Shown piece after piece: positions 48,832-64,000 of a DNA stretch of 64,000 nucleotides. The translations under genes and the position numbers were made by a program. How positions within the stretch are numbered: the first letter of the stretch is position 1; each line of letters begins with the position of its first letter. Under the pieces are notes generated by a model. It was not told the DNA's origin, did not search any database, and saw only the letters and a list, made by a program, of their open reading frames with translations. Source of the DNA: Eledone cirrhosa (lineage: Eukaryota); the NCBI GenBank assembly GCA_964016885.1, contig OZ024740.1, positions 268,646,001-268,710,000 on the forward strand, written 5' to 3'.

Positions 48832-49269
48832 ATATGGGTGAGAAGAATACTGCTGGTTGCACATGGATAACATGTTATAAAATGAGTCCCTCATCAGTGA
48901 TTTACCAAACGATCATGGGTATTTCATCGCATTAAAAATCATATACCTCACGTTGGAGCGATAATAACTAAAATAAGTTATTAGGACAATAGAAACGCGT
49001 AAAGCGAGTGAGACAAGTAAACAGCACAGGGGGAAGCTAACCGAAGATGGAAATAAACACAAGCAACATAGTTATTCTTTCAGCATAAGCTGTGTGAATA
49101 TATGAGCGAGTCAGAAAACAGACCTTTCGCTAGTGAATCCGGTGTTAGAAAGAATGTATGTAAGTGTATATTATATATATATAAAGAATGTTATATATAT
49201 ATAAAGAATGTATGTATGTGTATATTATATATATATATTATATATTATACTATATGTATATTATATATC

Positions 49270-50890
<1,621 letters not shown>

Positions 50891-51649
50891 AACTAATTCA
50901 TTGCCGTTATATATATACATATATATATATATATATGTATGTACATAGGTATATGTATGTGTGTGGTTGACTACCAGGCTGCTGTTGGAGATGCTACTCA
51001 TCATGCTTGCCAAGTATGTGGTAGACAATGTAAGTAAAGAGGAAGGCTCAAGCGAAATGCAAAAGTACATGAACTCCAACCACAGGCTATTCCCAGTGAG
51101 TGTTTTGGTTGCCAAGTGCAAGACATTTTAGATCACTGGCTGGGCTAAAAAGACGCATTCGATCGCAGCGCTGTTAATTGCTATCGCGTGTGTGTGTGTT
51201 GATATGTTTATGTGTGTGCACATGTTTAAATATATATATAAGTAGATTATTATTGTTGTTGTTGTTGTCGTTTTTATTATTGTTGTTGTTATTATTATTA
51301 TTATTATTATTATGGGTTTTTTTTCCTGCAATGGCCGTACTCGATAACGAGGGGGCAGCCATCATGTATGTATGTGTTTCTGTTTGTGTGTAGGTATGGA
51401 TATCATTGCAGATGTCGATCTGAGTTTTTGAATTTTATGTGCATTTTCACGTATGATTCAATATCTCTTACATATGTATATGCAGTTATTACATGCAAAA
51501 TTTCTGAAAATTTAAAAATTCATTCATGGAGTGTACTAGCAATTTCCTAATTAGCTGTGCTTTTTTTTTTTATTTTGCAAGGGCCACCTTTTCAGTATGT
51601 GTGTATGTATGTTCTTCCGGTTTTATAATTTCACAAATTTTTTCCCAAT

Positions 51650-54600
51650 AGAGAGAGTCGGTTTCTAACATAGACACAACACTCTCTCATTGGAATTTAT
51701 CAACTAGGTAGATTATGTATGCATGCATGTGTAGATATTGATGTTATTGTATGTGTGGATGTGTATGTTTTGAGTTGTATGTGTGAATGTGTATATGCTT
51801 TGTATCTGTGCATGTGTATATGCTTTCTATCTGTACATGTTATTAGATGCAAAATATTTGGAATGCTTTATATATTTTTACTGTTCCATTGTACTTGTAA
51901 TTTCCTAATTAGTTGTGTTCTTTCTGTTCCCGTGAAGCCTAGCTTCTCAAGATTTGTATTGAGGCAGTTACTAACATACCCCAGTGCTCCAATAATCAGA
52001 GGCATAAATCTGAAGGTGTAATCAGGGTGGAGTATCTGCAGATTTCTCATCAGTTCTGCATAAATATTCTCCTTTTCGCTAATCTTTGATATTATATTGG
52101 CATCTGTTGGGCAGCTAATTTCCACTATTGTGCATGCTTTCTTTTCCCTGTCCCATATCATAATATCTGGTCTGTTATGCCTGCATTTTATTGGTGTTCT
52201 TACTGGAACATTCCACCAGTACTCTTTCATATTATGTACATGGATGTCTTCCACATTGCTGTAGGTTTCAAAGTGTTTATTATCGGGCCTATCTTTTTTA
52301 CGAACTGCATTGTACAGTGTTTTGGCCACTACATCATGCCTCATAGGTAGATAGTACCGCGATGACATCTTTGGACAGCTGCTGATGACATGGGTGATAT
52401 CCTCGATGTTAATTCTGCAGAGTCTGCACTTGTTATCACATCTAGATATTTTGCCTGCATCCCTATCTCTTTTGTGAATCAGGTATTTCGTGTTAATCTC
52501 CTGTTCTTGGATTGCAAAAGCGTATCCTACAAAGTGGGAGCCAATATAGCGGTTGTTGGTCCAAGATAGACTGCTTTCCTTATGTATATTACTCTGACTC
52601 TGGAGCTTCCTGACAACATATCCATGCATGATATTTTGCTGATAAGCATGCAGTTTTTCATCCAAGGATTCACTGTGATACTGCTGAGCTACTTCCCTGG
52701 GTGTGAGTATTTGATTATCACACAGGTAATATCTCTCGAGGAGTTCCTTCCCAACTCTCATGATCTTATCTGTTTCATGCAGATAGACTTGCTCGAGAGA
52801 CGGGCTCCTACGCTTCGAGGTTCGTAGATGTTGTCGGAGAGATATGATGCGACATTCAAATGCTGTCTGGACTGATGTCGGTGAAACAGTTAGGCCATTA
52901 ATGACAATGTTTCTAGACTGGGTTGATGTTTTTCCCCGCTTTACAGTCGTGAATGAGTATTTATCTTGACTAAACTCCATTCCTATATCCTTTGAGAACG
53001 TTGTAACCAGGTCAATATTTTTCTTCATCCCATCCATGTTCTTGACATAGAGTTTCAGATCGTCCACAACGAAGTTATGGGTTAGGTTCGTATTTCTGTC
53101 CTCCTGTGAGCCAATGATGTATCCCTCACATTTCTTGAGCAGAAAGGACAAGGGGTTTAATGACAAGATGAATAATATCTCAGAGAGACTGTCCCCCTGA
53201 AATATAACCCTGCACTATTTTATTTTATCAGTGAAAATAGAGTCCCCCTCTCTGTCTTCAACCTTAGGATAGTAGCCCAAGAAGAAGACAGCCTCTCTAT
53301 GGCTCTGACAATAATATCTGGGACTTTAGCAAGTTGGAGGGCCTCTATCATCCAAGAGTGGGGAACAGAATCGAAAGCTTTCCAGTAGTCCAGCCAGACT
53401 GTAGCCATATTCCTCCTAAGTTGTCGTACCTCCGACATCGCAGTTTTGTTGATTAGGAGTTGTTCAGCACATCCCCAAACCCCTTTCCTTTCTTTCCAGC
53501 TGCTTGTTCATCTGTGATGATATTATTTTCACAGTGATCTTGGAAGAATAGGTTCAGGAAGGCTGTATACATCTTATACATCAGGTTCTGGCATGCAATG
53601 GGTCGGTAGTTTTTTGCCAAATAGGTGTCTTTGTTCTTGGGGACCAGTAATGTTTGTGCTAATGTCAACCATTCTGGTATAAGTGTATCTCCCTTAAGAA
53701 CTTGTTGGTAGAGGTCATTAAGATACCTCCGATAGAATATCATTTTTTTGTACCAGTAGCCGACAAACATGTCTCTTCTTGGAGTTTTCCTATCACTTAT
53801 TTCGTATGTTTTTGTTATAGTCTAGGAGCAATAGTTCTTTCGTATTTCTCTTAGCCACACTGCATCCTGGTTGAAATTCTTCTTTTCACCCCATATTTTG
53901 CTCCAAAAGGAATCTATGTCTTTTGGGGATGGGGCCTCAGTGACACTTATTATTTTGTTCTTCATATCTCTATAGAGTGATGTTTGGTTTCGTCTGAATC
54001 TTTTATTAAGCACTTTTTCTCTCATCTACCTTCTTCAGATATCGGCTTTTTTCGCTAACAGCTCTCAATTCTTGTTTGAGGGTGATCAGCTTAAATTGAA
54101 GAGTTCTGGTTCTACTGTTACCAAACATCGTCTCTATTTTATTTTCCACTCTTTGTTGGTGAGGAGTGAGGTTTTTTGTGTGTTTGTTTGCATGTAAGGA
54201 GCATTGTCACATATCCTATGGTTTTTCGTAAGTCAGCAAGCTTTTTTTCTATTTTAGTTATATATGATGGTATTTTTGGTGGTGTTCTGTTCTTGTTAAT
54301 ATCTCTGCTATCGCTGTCGTTGCTAAGGCATATAAACAGGCGTTGATTTGCCAACATGTTGGGGTTTTTATCCGTCGTAAATATTCATCCCCTATGTCGT
54401 CAATAACACGTAATATTTCATTATTTGTTTTTTTTTATTAAACATTGTCGTTTTAATACGTTCAGCAAGAGAGGTATTTATACATGAATTAATTTCTCTC
54501 TGGAAGATTTCGTTGAGGGAAATTTTCAATTGTTTATACTTTTGATTATTATCATTATCGATAGTATTTTCAACAACAGTCGAGGATGACTCGGATGGTG

Positions 54601-55326
54601 CACGTGGTGTCAAATTTCTTCGATTATTATTATGATTTCTTCGATTATTATTATTATCGATAGTGTTTTCCCCAGCATTCGAGGTAGACTTAGATGGTAC
54701 AGGTGGTGTCAAGTTTCTTACAGGCATAATTGTTTGAAGGCGCTGTTCGACCTGGCTGCTAGGAAGTCTAGTAGCATGGCGATCTGTAGCACGTGTTGTT
54801 GATCCCATTTTTATCTTATTTTTACGTTCAACAAACGTCGCTTGTTGGCGTAATTGTTTTGCTGTCAAATAATTTAGCTCTGGGTGCATTTCGTCCCAGT
54901 GTAGCTTCATTCTGCTCATATAGCCAATAGAGGGATTGTTTTTTGCCATTTTATAATAATTAAATAAATCATTATTAAGTTCGCAACTCAAAGAGAAATG
55001 CGATTTATAATTTCGGTTTCTTCTGTAGCTACAACTGAATAAAGTTTGTTTACGTTTCTTGTTGTTTGTCTTCGATACTTCCTTAATTTTGTTGTTGATG
55101 TGTTCAGCCATGCCGTTTGTAGGAAATCCTTGTAAAATGAATTATGTATTTAGTCGGATATCTCTACGAATTCGAATAAAATGTGTCTTCAGAAGATATA
55201 GTTAGAAGAATAATCAGTTATTCAACATGACTGTAGTTGTGGTATTACTATCGGAGATAGTATTCATCTTAAATTTAATAAATAGTCTCCCACGCCAAAA
55301 TATGCGACTGATCGCGTTGACTGTAT
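51650..55326 (-). mobile_element. Decayed R4/Dong-type RLE non-LTR retrotransposon
   Basis: KNYRPIACQN, WLDYWKAFDSVPH, VVDDLKLY, CRLCRINIEDITHVISSC, RHD, RPDIMIWD, EISCP; several frameshifts and an internal deletion. Confidence 0.9.
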
Positions 55327-55377
55327 AGTATGTATGTATGTATGTATGTATGTATGTATGTATGTATGTATGTATGT
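55327..55377. repeat. (TATG)n microsatellite at the 3' flank of the R4 element; matching tract at 58110-58210
   Basis: Direct reading. Confidence 0.92.
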
Positions 55378-55457
55378 TTTCTCTTTCTCTTAATTTCGAG
55401 TATATTTTTTTGACCGGCCACCTTCCTGGTGGCAAGGTTGTAAAAGAAAAGAAATTG

Positions 55458-58110
55458 TCATCCCTTGAATCGCAATAATGTTTTGCATATTTTGAAGGTG
55501 CCAGCTATCGCAGCCATTTGTAGACTATGAATTAGGGAGCTGCGCTTTTTGTCCGCAAATCCAAGTTCGGTCATACTTTGGTCCAAGCGGGTTGGTATAT
55601 AACCCGTAGCACCAATAATGATGGGTATGAAGCTAAAGGTGTATCTTGGATACTGGATTTGTAAGCTTCTCATCAATGGTCCGTAGATGTCCTCCTTCTC
55701 CTGTATTTTTCTGACAACGTTTACATCAAGTGGGCAGCTGATCTCCACAACAGAACACGTTTTCAATGTGTGGTCCCAAACTACAATATCAGGCCGGTTG
55801 TGCTTTAATTTGGTGGCAATTTTTATTTTCAGGTTCCACCAGTATTCCTTAGTGCCATCTGTCTCAATATATTCTTCCTCGTTTGTTGTTAATTTTGTTT
55901 TCCGGAGTGCGTTCCAGATGGTTCTAGCTATCCCATCGTGTCTCATGGGGAGGTAGTAGCGAGATGACATTCTTTCGCAGCTGGCAACAATGTGGCTTAC
56001 ATCCTCGATCTTTGTTTTACATAGCCTACATTTATTGTCAGCTGCTGGCCCTCCTCTTTTGTGCAGCAGATATTTGGTAGGGAGTTCTTGTTCCTGTATT
56101 GCATAGAGATATCCCTCAAGGTGTGATGTCATAAACTTGTCGGAACTCCATGCCAGGCTTTTTGAGTGGTTTATCCCCTCTATGGTCTGTGTTTTACGCC
56201 TCAAGTATCCATGCACAACGTTCTCTGTAAATTGGTCAATTTTGTTTTCTTGTTTGAACATTGAATAGGATCTTCCGATTTCTCTGGGTGAGAGATTTAT
56301 ATCAGGCTTTATTCCATATCTCTCCTCCAGATCAGTCGCTATTCTAATGATATTTCTTTTTTCATTCTCATAAACCCGAGCAAGATGCTCGCCAACCTTT
56401 TTCCTCTGTTGAAGGTGTTGCTTCAGTGTTACTATCCGGGTCTCATATGTTGTTAATATTGATTTTAGACCCCGGCCACCTTCCTTGCGTGAGAAGTATA
56501 GCCTATCCACATCACCATTGATGTTAAAGTTCCCAGTAACACTGAGAAGTTTTCGAGTTCTAACATCCATCTCACTTAGTTCTTGCAATGACCAGTTCAG
56601 TAGGCCAAATGTTGGCGTTAGAATTGGCACAGCATAGGTATTGTGGGCAATGTATTTGTTGTATGCTGACAGTTCTGATGACCATATATTTTTTACTCTT
56701 CTGAGGTATTCAGTTCTGGTTCTCTCCTTATTTATGGGTCCATCATATCTGACATTCTCATCCTGTCCAAGATATCTGTAGTTGTCACCTGACTGCAGAG
56801 GTTGTATTGTCAGGCCGTTCATATCTAGATTTCTAGAGGAGGGCACAGCTCTTCCACGTTTTACTGCCAAATATGCACACTTGGACTCACCAAATTTCAT
56901 TTTGATGTCGGTTGAAAATTGTGTAATGAGGTCCAATTGTTTCTTGATGTCATTGATATTTGGCCCATACAACTTCAGGTCATCAACAAAGAAAAGATGG
57001 GAGATACTTCTGGGCCCACTTCTTTCTCCACCTTGTTTCCTGAGTAGGTAAGATAGTGGATTCAGTGAGAGAACGAAGAGTAGTACTGACAAGCTATCAC
57101 CCTGAAAGATGCCCTTCTGGTAATGTATCCTATCAGTCTTAACCTGCTCCTTCTCACCTCTAAGGATCAAATTGGTGTACCAGTTCTTGGTCAGGCGTTC
57201 AACAGCAGCTACTAATGGTTGTGGGACTTTAGCTAACTGTAAAGCCTTAATAATCCACCCATGAGGTACACTATCAAATGCTTTTTGATAGTCCAGCCAC
57301 ACGACAGTCATGTTTCTGCGATTCTTTGTTGTTTTTTCCTGAATCATTTTGTTAGTTAGTAGGTGATCTATGCAACCCCACACCTCCCTCTTTCCACCAG
57401 CTTGCTCAGGTGTTATGATGTTGTTGGTAGCACAGTGATCCTGTAAGAACAGGTTAAGGCACCCAGTATATAATTTATACATGATGTTTTGGCAGGCAAT
57501 TGGGCGGTAATTTTTAGCAAGGGTGGTTTGGCTATTTTTGGGAATGAGGAGAGTAGTGGCAGTTGATAACCATCTGGGCAGTTCTTGTGTGCCCTTAATG
57601 GTTTCAGTAAACAGCCGTATGAGATCTTGCCGATAGAAAGTGAAATTCTTCAACCAGTATCCTGTAATGAGGTCTGGGCCTGGCGATTTCCTATTCGACA
57701 TTTTCTGTAGAGCTGTTTCCAGTATTGACCCATCTATGTCATATTGTTTTGTCTGGACATGTTGGCAGTAGTCCTGTTCCAGTTGTTTTAGCCAATTAGC
57801 TTGTCTGTTGAATCCGTCATCCGTTTCCCATACAGATCTCCAGTAGTTCTCAACCTGTTCTTTTGAAGGGGTGTCGTTTACAGGGATTGAGCTTTTGCCA
57901 CCGAAGCTGCGATAAACTGATTTAGGATCTCTGGCAAACAATCTATTTAGCACTTGTCGTTTATGGGCTGTTGACTTATATTTTAGTCTTTCTGTTGTAG
58001 CTGTGAGTTGTTGTTTCAACTGGTGTAATTTGGAGTTCAAAGTTTTAAATTTTGTATCTCCAAATCGTCTCTCTAACTTTTTCTTTAGGTCTTCCTGGTG
58101 TCGTGTGAAG
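55458..58110 (-). CDS. R4/Dong-type retrotransposon polyprotein (RT, CCHC, restriction-like endonuclease); uninterrupted frame, 5'-truncated at a microsatellite
   Basis: KSPGPD, NYRPIAC, DYQKAFDSVPH, GIFQGDSLS, HLFFVDDLK, YRYLG, GGRGL, CRLC...HIVASC, RHD, RPDIVV, EISCP; ~880 codons without a stop. Confidence 0.92.
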
Positions 58111-58649
58111 TATGTATGTATGCATGTATGTATGTATGTATGTATGTATGTATGTATGTATGTATGTATGTATGTATGTATGTATGTATGCATGTATGTG
58201 CATATGTACATACATATTTACACATTTTTGGATGGTCGTTGACTCTTATGAGTCTTCCGCCATTTGACAGGTTTTGTTTTTGTACTGCAGGATGTCCAAA
58301 ATCCTCCTCCTCACCAAGGAAACTTGGTGTGGTTGCCGGTTTAGTCGCCGACGACCTGGCCATGCGACAGGTTGTACTGGGTTACATGTTACCAGTAGCA
58401 CTCAAGAGTGACCCGACATGTGTGTATATATGCGCGGGGACATAGAAACAATCGAGCTGGATTCCCGATCGCTCGGTTAAACCACTGGGAGTGAAGGATC
58501 CCCATCCTTTGTCAGGGCATTCTTTTAGCAGAAGTCAACGCAGGAAAGTGGGATAACTCAACTCAGACACAAAACTTGCAGTTCAGTAGTTTCCGATGAT
58601 GTTGATCTTTTCTTCTTTTCTGATTATATACTCTTATACTTTTTTACCA

Positions 58650-59310
58650 CTAGAGAGAGTCGGTTTCTAATATAGACACAATACACTCTCACTGGAATTT
58701 AGACATCAACTAGGTAGATATGTATGCATATCTGCATGCGGGCGTGTGTGTGTGTAAGTATGGATTTTATTGTATGTGTGGCTGTGGATGTTTTGAGTTA
58801 TATATGTGCATGTGTATATGCTCTGTGTATATTCTCTGTGTATATGTGTATATGCTCTGTCTATACTTGTGTATATGCAGTTATTACATGCAAAATGTTT
58901 GGAATGTTTTACATAATTTTACTGTTCCAATATTGGATTGCACTTGTAATTTCCTAACTAGTCGTGTTCTTTCTGGTTCTGTGAAGCGCATATTCTCAAG
59001 ATTTGTACTGAGGCAGTTACTTACATATCCCAGTGCCCCAATAATCACAGGTATAAATCTGAAGGTATAGTCAGGGTGGAGTATCTGCAGATTTCTCATT
59101 AGTTTTGCATAGATCTTCTCCTTTTCGTTAATCTTTAACATTATATTGGCATCTGCTGGGCAGCTAACTTCCACTACTGTGCATGACTTCTTTTCCCTGT
59201 CCCATATCATAATATCTGGTCTGTTATGCCTGCATTTTATTAGGGGTTTTACTGAAACATTCCACCAGTACTCTTTCATATTATGTATATGTATGTCTTT
59301 CACATACATA
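58650..59310 (-). mobile_element. 3' fragment of the same R4 family as 51650-55326
   Basis: EYWWNV...RPDIMIWDREKK...EVSCP; 3' UTR homologous to 51650-51870. Confidence 0.9.
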
Positions 59311-59574
59311 TACATAATATGAAATTATGGGAATCAGTCATTTTTCTTGTTTGTCTCCATTGATTGCTTAAAAAACAAACAAACAGAACTTGTCGTTTAT
59401 TTTACATATTGAGACCCAACCTATTCTATTTATTTTATAACGTATGAGATTTCTAGCAATGTACTTAATTTGGGATGTATAATATTTAAAAATATATACA
59501 GAATATTAATTGTCGCAGTTTAGGGGTTGGTGGGATGTCTTGGGTGTTGACAGTTTATACTCTCTTTTATGGAG

Positions 59575-59850
59575 TGGCTCTACCGGTTGCTCACCGACAG
59601 GTTTGCGGTCGTGGCCGTGGCAGTGGAGACTTATGGTGTCCTTGGCACTTGTGTTACCTCCTTATTTACCAGCATAGGCGCTGATTTGAGCAGCCGCAGG
59701 TGTGAGCCTTGCGAGATGGAATGGCTTTTCCAGCGCATCTCCCTTACCATCTTCCGGAGAAACGCCTTCTCCATTTTGTCCGCCGGGACTGTTGGCCGGC
59801 CAGCACGTGCGACCCCATTTGCTCATAATACAGAGATGGGGAGGGAGAGA
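59575..59850 (+). mobile_element. CRE-like RLE retrotransposon 3' fragment
   Basis: VAVETYGVLG...LFQRISLTIFRRNAFSIL resembles the CRE-clade C-terminus; GA repeats follow. Confidence 0.65.
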
Positions 59851-60736
59851 TAGAGAGAGATGATGACAGAAGGAGTTCGGCTCTTCCGTGTTCGGACACA
59901 TTGGTAAGTACTTGGAATTTGGCTTGTTTCTGGTTGCCTATCAACTAGTGACTAGCAAAGTTTGCTATTGAAGAAATTGTAGGTCTGTATGCTAGTTATT
60001 CAATATCTTCTTTACTTCTAAAGAACTGTAAACGTCAGAATGTTCATATATGCTGTACGCTCCCGATGTGTTAATGTATCACCGATAAGCTATTATTACT
60101 AAGAGACTAAAAGGGAGAAGAGGATGAGAAGTAACAAAATGACAGAAAAAGAGGAAAGAAAAACTAACATTGGCCAGTAAATTAGGCGTCTTTTTTCTCT
60201 ATCAAAAATATTTACAGTGGTCGTTATGGTTCTTTGGGGGTAGCAGAATTTTCGGCTGGCCTACGATGTGTGTCTATATGGATTGTTAATAATGTTTTAA
60301 TCAAGATAAGTTAAATTTGCATGTTATGGTTAAAATTTATAGTAGTGGCCCTTCAAGAAAGATAGGTACAGATAATTGGAATATTTCGTGCTGTTTTGAT
60401 GTAAAACTTGGTGTATCTGTTATACTTGTATGTAGAGAGAATTTTAGTTTAAATTATGTAAAGGTACACTTGTATGACATCCACCTTTTTGTGCTAATAT
60501 TATATATATTGTTTCTACTATGTCTATGTGGCCCATCCATGAGGATTCAGGATTGGGTGCTATTCATATTTTTATAAAGTCTTCCTTGATACACATGTCT
60601 TGATAGGTAGTAATTTGGATTTATTTATAGTATATGATTTTGGCCGAAGCTTGTAGGTTAGAGAAATGTGGAGAGGGTAATTTAGTTAGAGATATAATGT
60701 AGCTAGGGACAGAAGCATGGATTAATGCATTAGAGT

Positions 60737-60920
60737 TTCTACTTTTGGCACAATGCCAGCGATTACTCCAGTACACCACTGGTACTTTATTTTATCGACA
60801 TCGTAAGGATGAAAGGCAAAGTTAACCTCGGCGGATTTGAACTCAGAACGCAAAGGGCCATAACTATGCTGCAAATCATGGTGTCTGACGCTCTACCAAT
60901 ACTGCCAAACCACTGCCCTT
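60737..60920 (-). mobile_element. SINE with 16-bp TSD
   Basis: attaatgcattagagt at 60721-60736 and 60923-60938. Confidence 0.9.
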
Positions 60921-62701
60921 TAATTAATGCATTAGAGTATTTGGGTGACATGTAGATTGTATTTAAAGAATGTTTTTAATGTTTTGTATTGACAATAAAT
61001 GATCCCTTCGTGTCTAGAGTTAAATAAGTTGTTCTTGGTCATTCCCAGTACCTTAAGCGAGCAGAGGTCACACGTCGCTCCCCTCTATAGAGCCTAGTGG
61101 ATTGTATTTGTGTATGTGTGGAGGGAGAAAAGGGTAGAGAGGCATGGAGTGTATCAATAAGGCAGAAATGTAAGTTTATCTAAGTGTACATTATTTTAAT
61201 ACAACTTAAAATATTTCTCCTCTGTGTCAACTACAGCCGCCGGCATGTAGCATTATTGTACAGAAGAAAACCAGCATCAACTTCCTCTTTTTCTCAAGGA
61301 ACCGTTGTCGTTAATAATTGACGTGCATGTGTGTATGTCATACGTACATTATACATGCATATATGCATATTTAATTTAATAAGAACAAAGATAATTCCCT
61401 TAAGATATGAATGGACATCAAAACAATAATTCCCGTGACATAAAAACGGAGTGTGGTGAAGTGATCGGAATAAATGTTTAACTGGTATTGAGTTTCACCG
61501 GTCTCCGATCATTGTTAATATTCCTAAAGAAACATCCTTTCAGAGTCGATATGAACAACATTGAGTACAATAGGAGCAATAATATTTTACTTCTGAAAAT
61601 GTGTGAAGCTTAGTTTATCTAAAAAAAACATCATCAACAACATTAATTCCTTTTGTGAAGCTTGTTTCTCGAGAAAATACTTAACTCCAAATTAATTGCA
61701 AAAACGAATTTTTTTTTAGAAATAAGTTGAACTGAAAACCTGAGTTAGAAATCTCATCATAATCAATTAAGATTTAAATCTCAAGAGTCATAGAGAAAAT
61801 ACTTGACTGCTGTAATAACCATCTTCTCTTTCCCAATACTCTAAATGCTCTGCTCATAATTAAGGATTCATTGATTATCATTTATCTAAGAGTTAAAGCA
61901 ATCGATAAACTCTCCAAAGTTAACGTTAAACGGTAGATATAATTGACAATTCAGTTTTCAATTTAGAGTTAATAAATATTATATTCACTGTAACCAGCCA
62001 TTTAATTTTTCAGTTTCTAAAGGAATAATATTCATTATAACATTTTAATAGTTTATATTTCAATTTCCATGTAAAATATCGACAAAGATTTTTCACATTT
62101 TTTAAAATAACGCAGCAAAATATTGATTCTAAAATTGACGCAAGGTCATATACATGTTCTGTAGGATAGTGAAGGGTATAGGCAGATTAAATCAACCCCC
62201 GCAGTTTATTTATTCAACCACAGAAGGATAAACGGTGAAGTTGCTCTCAGCAAGATTTGAACTCAACATAGAAAATTGTGACTAAGATTTAGCAAAGCAA
62301 TATTTCAGGCGCTCTATCATACCATCTCATTCCCTTAATGCTGGGTAATATTTACAAAACGCTGAGTATCTTCTTATCAAAGAAGGTGGCAAAGTAGGTA
62401 TCAGTTGTTAAGTAGGTATCAGTTGTTAAGGGAATTTTCAGTACCAGAGTGACTTTGCTTCTCAGTTTTGATGGCCAATCACTAATGTCTATTTAATCAA
62501 CAACAGGCCTTCCCTGAATTTGAATTCGTGTCTATATAATAATCAGTGGTTAATAAGTCAGATCTGCACTCATGTAGATCTGCGATCGATCCTACTGCAC
62601 AGCGCATTGGACAATTATCTTCTAATATAGCCAGAAACATTTTCTCAGATATCTCAGTGATTCACACTCGCCTCTCTCCCCCCCTCTCTCTCCCCCTCCC
62701 C

Positions 62702-62748
<47 letters not shown>

Positions 62749-62920
62749 ACGTTCGGATCTAGCAGTCGAAACGGCCGGAGCTCAGCCGTCGAGAACCTAA
62801 CCTGAATCTGTTCATATTTTCATATATGTATATATATATATATAGGAAAATGTTAGACCCCGACGGCAGAGCTCAAGCCGTTTCGACGGCTATTTCTGGA
62901 CTCGTTATATATATGTTGTC

Positions 62921-63166
<246 letters not shown>

Positions 63167-63533
63167 AGGCAAAATACTCAGGTTGTTATAATCTACTAAA
63201 AAATGTCAAAGCAACGATCTTACATGGCTACAGTCCAATAACCAAAGGAAGCGGACAAAAGTGTAGAAAATTGTTATGAGCACATTTCTGTCTTTGTTTA
63301 TGGTCTGAAACCAGGAGAAAATTGATAGTTTAGGATAGAGACATTGAAAGAGATTAAGCGCATGATAAGGAAACATAAGAGTAATTCAGTGTCAAAAGGA
63401 AGTTGGGAGCTATCGGGAAATCAATGGAAAGATTAGAAAATAGACACAAATAAAACAGAGAGAGAGAGAGAGTGATAGATAGATAGATAGATAGAGAGAG
63501 AGAACGAGAGAGAGAGCGAAGGAGAGAGAGCGA

Positions 63534-63595
<62 letters not shown>

Positions 63596-63734
63596 CATTT
63601 TGTTCCAAACGGATTTACGACTAACATTTAAATTCTATCTAAGCACTAATCTAGGACAGGCCATCCAACAGGCCTCCAAAGTTGAATTTATCACTGCTTG
63701 GATTATCGATCTTCTTCTCGCCTATGTCGCAGTT

Positions 63735-64000
63735 GCAATTATATGATGTCACCCAGGCGTTGTAACCAACTCACGGTAGTGGGATTAAGGTGTGTGAGGT
63801 CCATATACTCATGGATGCGGTGATAACTCAGTATACGTTCACCAATCTATTCTGGCGAGCCAGCCTGGCAAGCAGCTGAAGAACACGGTTCCAAGCGGTG
63901 TATGGCTAATTTGAACCGGCCGACACCCGTGTGTAGCCGATTCAGGGACACCCATTTCTTCCGAGAGAGTATAGCGCATAGGTAGTATTGGGATTGACAC
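63735..64000 (-). mobile_element. Decayed LINE C-terminal fragment
   Basis: KWVSLNRLHTGVGRF...SAACQAG, resembling the LNRLRTG-zinc finger region of non-LTR ORF2. Confidence 0.6.

Noticed and set aside
48870-48930. CTGATGAG on the minus strand
   Set aside because: No correctly placed GAAA, stem II or UH triplet found.
58111-58211. N-terminus of the 917-aa ORF
   Set aside because: Read-through of the (CATA)n microsatellite, not part of the retrotransposon protein.
58440-58620. HDV-like ribozyme at the presumed R4 5' end
   Set aside because: Could not build the nested double pseudoknot by eye; needs an RNArobo/Infernal search.

Overview
AT-rich, microsatellite-dense animal DNA made up almost entirely of repeats. 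The SINE family and (TA)n/(CA)n content suggest an octopus-like cephalopod (inference). No host protein-coding gene is evident, and most track ORFs are microsatellite translations. The main signal is a zoo of hammerhead ribozymes (HHRs). Bases 1-8972 are a near-perfect tandem array of a 467-bp non-coding unit. Each unit carries a type I HHR with a palindromic stem III at the tip of a long hairpin (19 HHR copies). The array flips orientation at 2313 and ends in (TA)n, consistent with a retrozyme/circular-RNA concatemer. At least eight other unrelated non-coding HHR-bearing families sit in or next to microsatellites, usually as 5'-inverted (palindromic) insertions. They include HHRs with long branched stem II, compensatory covariation and a U3-A8 core variant. 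Two Penelope-like elements (RT + GIY-YIG, Naiad/Neptune-like) with HHR-like 3' repeats are their plausible mobilisers. The window also holds a Rep-deleted Helitron, nested R4/Dong-type RLE retrotransposons (one with an uninterrupted ~880-codon ORF), an RTE LINE with a 5' inversion, an ORF1/gag-like CCHC remnant, mariner remnants and many tRNA-derived SINEs. All ribozyme calls come from manual base-pairing and are not experimentally tested.
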